A DNA stretch of 63,744 nucleotides, filler included. It is 12 parts of 12 records of this genome, joined end to end, with 100 filler letters (N's around TTAATTAATTAA, not from the genome) between each part and the next. Parts side by side here need not be neighbours in the genome. Positions count along the whole stretch, not along the records: positions 53,876 to 60,241 come from SRR15195285_4088; positions 60,342 to 63,744 come from SRR15195285_4107; 10 more parts are not named here. One strand, given 5' to 3'. This document shows, piece after piece, positions 56,801 to 63,744 of the stretch. The position numbers and the translations under genes were made by a program. The stretch's first letter is position 1. Each line of letters starts with the position of its first letter. Below the pieces are notes generated by a model. The model was not told the origin of the DNA, searched no databases, and saw nothing but the letters and a program-made list of their open reading frames with translations.

Positions 56801-59800
56801 CTTGCGTCCATTCAAATTCATCGACTTATAGAAGAAAACAAGACTCTATGTGAGCGTTCAGGGCAGATTGAGCGCATTCTTGTGCAAAATCGAGAAAAAG
56901 AAGTTGCGTCTACTCAGCATATCGCACTGCTCGAGCAAGCATTAGCGGCGAAAGATCGCTCGCTCCATGATTTGTCGGTGCAATTCCGGGATGTGGTTGA
57001 GTCTGAGCAAGCACTGAATCACAGGTTTCGGCTGCTGAAAGCACAGCACATTGAAACTGCCGCGAAGCGTTTGGATTCGAAGCGGTTGCGATCATCACTA
57101 TCCGCTTGGTCTGCATATGCATCACGGCAGAAATTTGAGACTCATCTGAAAGAGACTCGAGCTAGTCATGAGGCAAATCTGACTGCGAAGCAAGCGGCTG
57201 CTGAGTCACATGCAGATGCTGTTGCCCACATGCGAGATGTGCATGCGGCTGCATTTCAGGCCGAGAAAGTCATGAAACTAGAGGCACAAGAGGCTGAAAC
57301 TGTCAGTGCAAGAGAAGTTGAGCGGCTTTTGCACAAGGAAGATGCAGTTCTGCAGGAGCATACCTTGCAGCAGGAGCGACTCCGTAAACTGCACGAGGCT
57401 TCGCTTGAAGAGAGCGCGCAAGCACTGCACGAAATGCGGCAGCAACTTGAGGCATCAAAGCAACAGCTAGCTGAGGAACGGCAGGCAAACGATGTGTCTC
57501 ACCAGTTGGCAATGTCGAAGTGCACAGAAGCATTAGACGCTGCTAAAACAGAGAACATCGCGCTGCACGCTCAAATCGCATCTCACAAATGTCTGCATGA
57601 ATCATTGGCTGAAGCCTTTGCAGCTGAGGCAGAAACCAATATCGATGCCAAAACAGCCGAGCTCAAATTAGAGGCTGATGCCCGCGTTGCCGACGCCAAG
57701 AGCAAGGAGGCAGCTGAGATGGCATTTGTGCATGGGCAGCACGTTGCTGAGCTTGAGTCGAAGCATGCCGTAGAGATGGAATCGCTGAAGACGTTGGAAG
57801 CTGCATCAGCTGCATCAGCTGCAGCACTATCAAAGGCTATGCAGACCGCTTGTGATGAACGAGCGAAGCTCATAGACCGAAATGATACGTGTGAACAGAG
57901 GTTGCAATCCATGAATATGCGCATCGAAACGCTGAAGCATGATCGAATGCGCTGTATGGTGAAGCGAATTGCGAGCTCTGCCGTCAGCAGAGCCTGGAGG
58001 GTCTGGACGCACTACTTGCTGTTGCAGAAACACGATGTCGTTTACGGCGAAGCTGCTGCACGCATTGAAATGGAAGCAGCGTCATCAGCTCGGTTGGCGC
58101 TGCACAAAGAAGCTCTCCGTGTGCAATTGCAAGAGGTAAGTCAGTCTGCGGCAGCGGCCGAACGTGAACACCAAAAGCTTTCCAATGAGGTCCTCACGCG
58201 TTTACGCAAGGAACTTGTGGATGCACACGCGGACAAGGAAGCTTCTTTACGTCATGCTGCGGCGCAAATGGATCAGGTGCGTGAGCTAGCTCAGAGTCGG
58301 GCTGAGCTTGCTGCTGCAGCTTTGAAAGCCGAAGAAGATGCTCACAGCGCCAGATCCGAAGAGCTGGCGCACGAGCTGGCTGAACTTCGTCAAGAGAAGC
58401 AACACGCGGCGAACAGCTATGCTTCCTTGTCAGAAGTTGAGGAGCAGCTTCGCACACAGTTGCAAGCAGAGAAGGAATTGCGTATGCACGCGCAAGCTGA
58501 GGTAGCGCAACTCTCAGACGCTCACATTCGAATGCAAGAGCTGGCCAGCCGCCGTGACCAGCTTGCGAACATTGCCGCCAATGCAGAAGAAGCTGCTGCT
58601 GAGGCCCGAATCGAGGAATTGAGACACGAACTCAATGAGGCGCACGCTAAAATTGTTGTCGCTGCCAAGCAAAAAAAATCCTACGAGCATGAGATTGCCC
58701 AAGAGCGAGAAGGCCGCAAGCGGACAGATGCAGCTCACTTGCGACTTCAGCAGGAGAATGCAGCGAAGCTACAACGTTTGGACGAGCTCACTGAGCGCCG
58801 GCATGAGCTGGCTACCGTAGCTGCTGAGGCCGAAAATGCAGCTCACTTTGCCCGCGTAGAAGAACTTGAGAGGCATCTGGCGGAGTGTCACGATGAGAAA
58901 CAAGCTGCCATCGTCCGACATGCTGAATCTGAAGTCACTGCACAGGCACAACTGGACCTTGAGCAAAAGAAACGATCTCACGCCGAGGCTGAGATTCTTC
59001 GTCTGTCCGATGCACACGATGAGATGCACGAGTTAGCTGCTCGTCGCGACAAGCTGGCTGCATCAGCCGCGCATGCCGAAAATGCCGCTGCGGAAGCTCG
59101 CATTGAAGAACTGCACCATGAGTTGCATGAGGTGCATGCAGCAAAGGCCTTGCTGGTGGATCAGACGACATCCCATGTAACGCAGCTCGAAGCGCACCAG
59201 GTCGAAATTGATCGCCTTGCATCTGAGCTTGACAAATCGATGCTGTCACCGCTTGAAATACGAACTAAGACTATTAAAACCTGCAAGTCTGGTTACCTCA
59301 AGAAGGCGGAATTAGTTGACAAATCCCGACGAGATTTGGGTGGCAAATCTCTCGTATCGCGACGCAGATGGCTTCTGCAATACTTTGAAGTCCAGGAAGG
59401 CTTGCTGCGTTGGGCTGACAGTCGTTCGCTTATGTGCAAATCAGAGCGCGTCTTTAATCTTAAAGGTGCAGAACTTCGTGTCCTGCGGTCAAAACGCGAA
59501 CGGCCAAATGGCAAACCAGGACGGCCACGGGTAGCGCTTGCGCACGCACAATTGGAGTCCACCACACTTGAAAGTACACAGCAGCTGGCGTACTTGGAGT
59601 TGGAAATCGACAGCGACCACGTTGAGGCAGCTGCTGCGGAGGTCGATGCCTGGGTGATGGTCTTGCGAGAAGCAATCGATCACGCCAACGGTATCTCCAC
59701 TAGCAAAGCAACAAAGAGCTCTCAAGAGTATGTGAGACCCAGCCTAAGGCGGACAGTTTCGCCGCCCGACGAAGCAAAGACGGCGGTGTCGATTGCTGCA

Positions 59801-60241
59801 CAGGAGGCCCGAACTGCAGCTGCTAAAAAAGCCACACAAATGTCGCATGCAGCAAAAGTTGCTCGGGCCGAGGCAGAGGAGGCAGCTTCTGCAGCACAGG
59901 CAGCAAAAGAAGCTGAGACCACCCGAGCAAAAGCAGAGGCCAAACGCTTGAGAGATTTTGTCTCACAAACCCCGCCAGTGCAAATAGTTGACCGCAAAGC
60001 ATCTGCAGACCCCACTAGCGCGGCTAAGGTAGTGCCAGAGAGCGCAGAAACTACAGTGAAAGCTCGGGCGGCGAAGCATGCGCGAGCAGAAGTTGAGCGC
60101 GCTTCAGAACAGGCAAGGTCAGCAATGCAAGCTGAAATGGCTCGCAGTGCAGCTGCAGCAACACAACTAGACCTGGAGCACCAGGCAACGTCATCCTCGA
60201 ACCTTGCAGTTGACCTAGTCCAAGGTCGCATGGGCTTCGGG
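53876..60241 (+). CDS. Very large protein (>2100 aa, open at both ends): ankyrin repeats, HAD-like domain, ankyrin repeats, long coiled coil, PH domain
   Basis: Ankyrins (GRTALWVAA..GH..VV..L; GKTPLDLA; TPLHGAA..GH); HAD-like VVVFDFDLTL...VVLT...K...FVDD; PH-like KSGYLKK...RRW..YF...L.W...WV..L. Confidence 0.8.
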
Positions 60242-60557
60242 NNNNNNNNNNNNNNNNNNNNNNNNNNNNNNNNNNNNNNNNNNNNTTAATTAATTAANNN
60301 NNNNNNNNNNNNNNNNNNNNNNNNNNNNNNNNNNNNNNNNNTCTCTCTCTCTCTCTCTCTCTCTCTCCCTCGCGCGCGCGACTCTCCAGCTTGCTTGCGC
60401 GCTCGCTGCGTCCCCGTTCCTTTCCTTTCCCTTCCCTTCCTCTTCGTCCCCTGCCCCGTGGCCCCCGCCCCGTCCCTCTCATCCCCTCCGAGGGCCACTC
60501 GCGGCAGCGGCGCGCACGCAGGGCTGCCTGACACGCGCGCGGCGCTTCCGCGGACAG

Positions 60558-62592
60558 TTTGTGGAAGTCCAGTTCAACGCCACCGGCAGACGAATGTTCG
60601 GTGTGAACCTCAACGGCCTGCATGTGCTGCGCGACATCGATGTCTTCTCCATGGTCGGGTGGGCGACGGCTTACGACGAGCACATCGAGTTTCGCATCGA
60701 CCCCGACCACTACGCTATATGGGTAACGTCGGTGGGGCCGATGCGCGTGCGGATCGAGCAGCCGGCAGCATTTTACGGCGACTTGCACGTCGCGCTGACG
60801 CCGACGGAGTTCGGAAATGCGCGGCTCTGTGCGATGCAGCTGACGCAAGGGACACTCGAAGGTAACTTCCGCCTCTTGAGCCGTTCCACTGGCCTTGCAC
60901 CGTTCCACTCGAACCCGCGGCGCCCTGACAGCGCGCGACGCGCTGCTGCCCTTCGCAGAGCTGGACGCGGCTGCAGAGCAGGCCGACCCGTCTCGCCGTG
61001 GGCTGTCTTCCAAGAAAAAGAAGAAGAGCGGCGACGACCACAACTGGGCTAGTTATCTGCTGTACTACTCTCGCTTACTGCTGTGCATGGTGGTGCCAGC
61101 CACCTGCATGCTCTTGGCGCGCGAGATGCTAACTAAAGGCGACTTCAAGAAACGAGGGGCCAAGCAGCGGGGTAAAGGAGGATCCCAACCGGGTGGGCGC
61201 CGCGCAAAGAGCGAACGGGAGACACCACCCAGGCCGCAGAAAAAGAAGGAGCGTTCGAGCTCCAGTGACGGCAACCCTGACCAGGCTGCAAAGCGTGACA
61301 CCAAGGCCAACAAAAGTGTGGGCAAGGGCAGTAGCAAAGCCTCCCCGGAGAGCAACCAGAAAAGCGAGCCGAAGGCTCGGCCAGAAAGTCCGCGCTCGCA
61401 GGCGAAGCGCGAGGAGCGGTCACGCCAGAAAAAGGAGCAGCGGGACAGACAGAAGGAAAAGTCACGGCAGGAGAGCATGCGGGCCGAAGCGGAGGCCCTG
61501 GCCAAGGCCAAGGCCGCCGCACAGAGCGCAGCTCGCCGCAGCGCCGCCGCGTTGGCTGCACTGGAGGAAGCCACAGCTGCGGAGGCCGCGGCAGAGGCCG
61601 AAGCCTTGCGCGAGAAGGCCGAAGAAGCAGCCGCGCGGCGCGAGGCTGCGAAGGAGGCTGAGCTCGCTGCCCGTGCCGAGGCCAAGCAGGCCAAGCTGAA
61701 TCTCAAGAAGCGCGCACGCAAAGCCGCAGCCAAGATCAAAGCCGCCAACACCGGTGGTACAGGCTCACCCGCGCAGTCGCAGCAAGCTGTCAAGCAGCAG
61801 GCTACCAAGCAGAAGCAGAAGCAGCAGCGCTCCAATGAAACGACCTCAGACGCAACCAGAGGCGGCAGCAAGCTACCATCGCCGGGCTCGTCAGGCTCGT
61901 TATCGTCGATGCCCGATCTTTTCCAGCCGACGTTCGAGCCCCAACATAGCTTGGGGGTAGACTGGAGCCACACGGATGGAGGTGGTGCCGTCGGCAGCAT
62001 GGTATCACGACTATCGTCCGGCAGCAACAGCAGCTTTGGCAGCGATGATCTGGGTCAGCTTGGTGCCGGCACTGACAACGGTGACCTTGACATTGACGTT
62101 TTTGCCGTGCTTCAGGACGAGATTATGAGTCGGGACCTCGGTCTCGATGGCGCATCAGCCGACGGATCCGGCAAAGGCACACTGGATGAGTCACGGCTGC
62201 TCTCCAATCTGGTCGACTTCTTGGACACCGACGAGTCTGACACAGAATCACTCGCAGACAGCTCATACTCTGGCGATGACTTCTTCGGCCCGTTCGACAG
62301 CGGAGCAGCTGCCAACCAGCTCTCTGCTAGTGCGCCTGAGTTCACACCCACTGGACCAGCAGAAGGCCATAAAGGAGATGTCTCTACGTTAAGTGTCGAA
62401 GTATGGATGGAGGCGCATGACCTCAGCCAGTACACCTCGAACTTGCTCGACGCTGGTCTGAAGACAGTCGGCGACCTTCTTGCAATGCCTCTCACGCACG
62501 ACCACCTGAAGTCGCTCGGGCTGACTAAGCTGCGGGGCCGGCTTCTGCTCATGAACTCCCTCAAGTCCAATCGCCAACGCCAGGGAGAATAA
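60558..62592 (+). CDS. Malectin domain - TM - charged linker - PAM2-like motif - SAM domain protein (5' partial), intron 60862-60958
   Basis: FVEVQF...RMFGVNLNGLHVLRDIDVFSMVG..TAYDEHI...F.G.L...NARLCA (malectin-like); TM YLLYYSRLLLCMVVPATCMLLA; LSASAPEFTP; SAM V..W.....L.QY...L...G.....L......L..LG..K...R. Confidence 0.8.
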
Positions 62593-62785
62593 AGTGAACC
62601 AAGGTTACGCAGAGGTGCAAGACTACTGACCGACCGACTATCGGGGACGACATTTTTGTCCACATCTACCGTCAACTACAAGCAAATCGAAGCAGTGTGA
62701 CGCCGCCACAAGTGTACTGACTGCCTGATTGTACAAGCGTGTGGACTGAACAAAGACGCAGTAGTCCCGTCAATGATGCGCGTCG

Positions 62786-63744
62786 TCATTCATTTTCCAC
62801 CGTCACTGTCTGGTCCCCACCCGTCCCACCGTGAATGTGGATCTTGCCTAGGATACCGTGCTGGCTCTGGCCCTCATCGGCTGGGATCGTCACGAACCAT
62901 TCCGCCGTGCGCCTACCCACCACACCAGTCAGTGCACCCAGCTCGACCTCAGCAAGCGAAGAAGCGACCTCGACACCCTCTGCCGGGACAAACGTCGCCA
63001 CTACTGCCGGGCAACGCCGCGTCAGTGATCGTCCACGGCTGGTCAAGTTCGTCGGAAGCTCGCCCTGCGCATCACGTCATGAGGCACAGTGGAACTGTTA
63101 GGATCGATGTGGCTGATCCAATCTCAGCATCCTGGTTACTTCAGGCCTGCACTCACCCTATTTGCGACCTTAGCTCGCACGCGGAAGCAAACGCTGCCTC
63201 CTGCTGCGGCATCGCCTGCGATGCGATCCACATGCACAGCTTCACAGAGCACACGTGGTGCCATCCGAGCAGCAAGAACTGTGAAATCATGGAATGATTT
63301 GAGCAGCGAGGGAAATTCGGCACTGGAGATGACCGGGTTGGCTGCCGCTGTGCTGTGGATGCCACCGATCTCGACTGGCCCAAGCTGTGGGTGCTGAAAC
63401 GATCGCCAAGGCTCAAACAACGGGGCCGATCCAGCTTTTCCATCATCCATCCACGCGAGCAGTCGACGACGCCAATCGGCGCTTTCCTCCATTGCATCCT
63501 TGTCAGGATCGTTGCCCATATCGAAGAACTGCTTAGAGGTCTGGCCTGCTGAATTAACTGCAGCTCCGGTCTCAATCTCAAAGCCGAGTAGCCCTAGATG
63601 AGAGTCTGCAACAAGTAGAGAAACGTGACACATCCGGCATTGCAAGAATCATCCTTCTAGTGAGCCACAAGAAACCGACAGTTCTGTCGCAAGGGTCGAC
63701 GAAATGCGGAAGCAGTGCTGCTGCTGCTGCTGCTGCTGCTGATG
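62786..63744 (-). CDS. M14 zinc carboxypeptidase-like protein, C-terminal part (5' partial)
   Basis: LG..GFEIE, W..F.HPQLGPVEIGG and spliced V.A.V.NRGELPTN resemble the bacterial-type M14 subgroup. The zinc ligands lie outside the window. Confidence 0.65.

Overview
This is not one locus. It is 12 short contigs of a GC-rich, intron-containing unicellular eukaryote (probably a MAG or SAG), joined by artificial 100-bp linkers (44 N + TTAATTAATTAA + 44 N). Contigs: 1-3894, 3995-8528, 8629-12111, 12212-20323, 20424-23844, 23945-27480, 27581-34001, 34102-37569, 37670-41307, 41408-53775, 53876-60241, 60342-63744. Adjacency across linkers means nothing, and many genes are truncated at contig ends. 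About 25 genes were reconstructed by hand across short GT-AG introns. Main highlights: (1) an AhpC/TSA peroxiredoxin-like gene that the ORF track breaks up, because its CxxC motif is encoded TGA-CCA-TTT-TGA (UxxU, two selenocysteines), with a well-formed SECIS-like hairpin in the 3' UTR; (2) four related 106-111 bp introns with imperfect terminal inverted repeats (an introner-like family) in one beta-helix gene; (3) unusual domain fusions: R2R3-MYB + Tudor-knot + GCN5-like GNAT, malectin-TM-PAM2-SAM, ARM-TIR with an in-frame TAG, DGK with a GOLD insert, Ariadne RBR with a PBZ-like finger, and calpain with LIM-like fingers; (4) a decayed virus-like primase-helicase fragment; (5) an intron built from direct and inverted copies of its own junction sequence. 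All domain calls come from motif recognition by eye; no searches were run.
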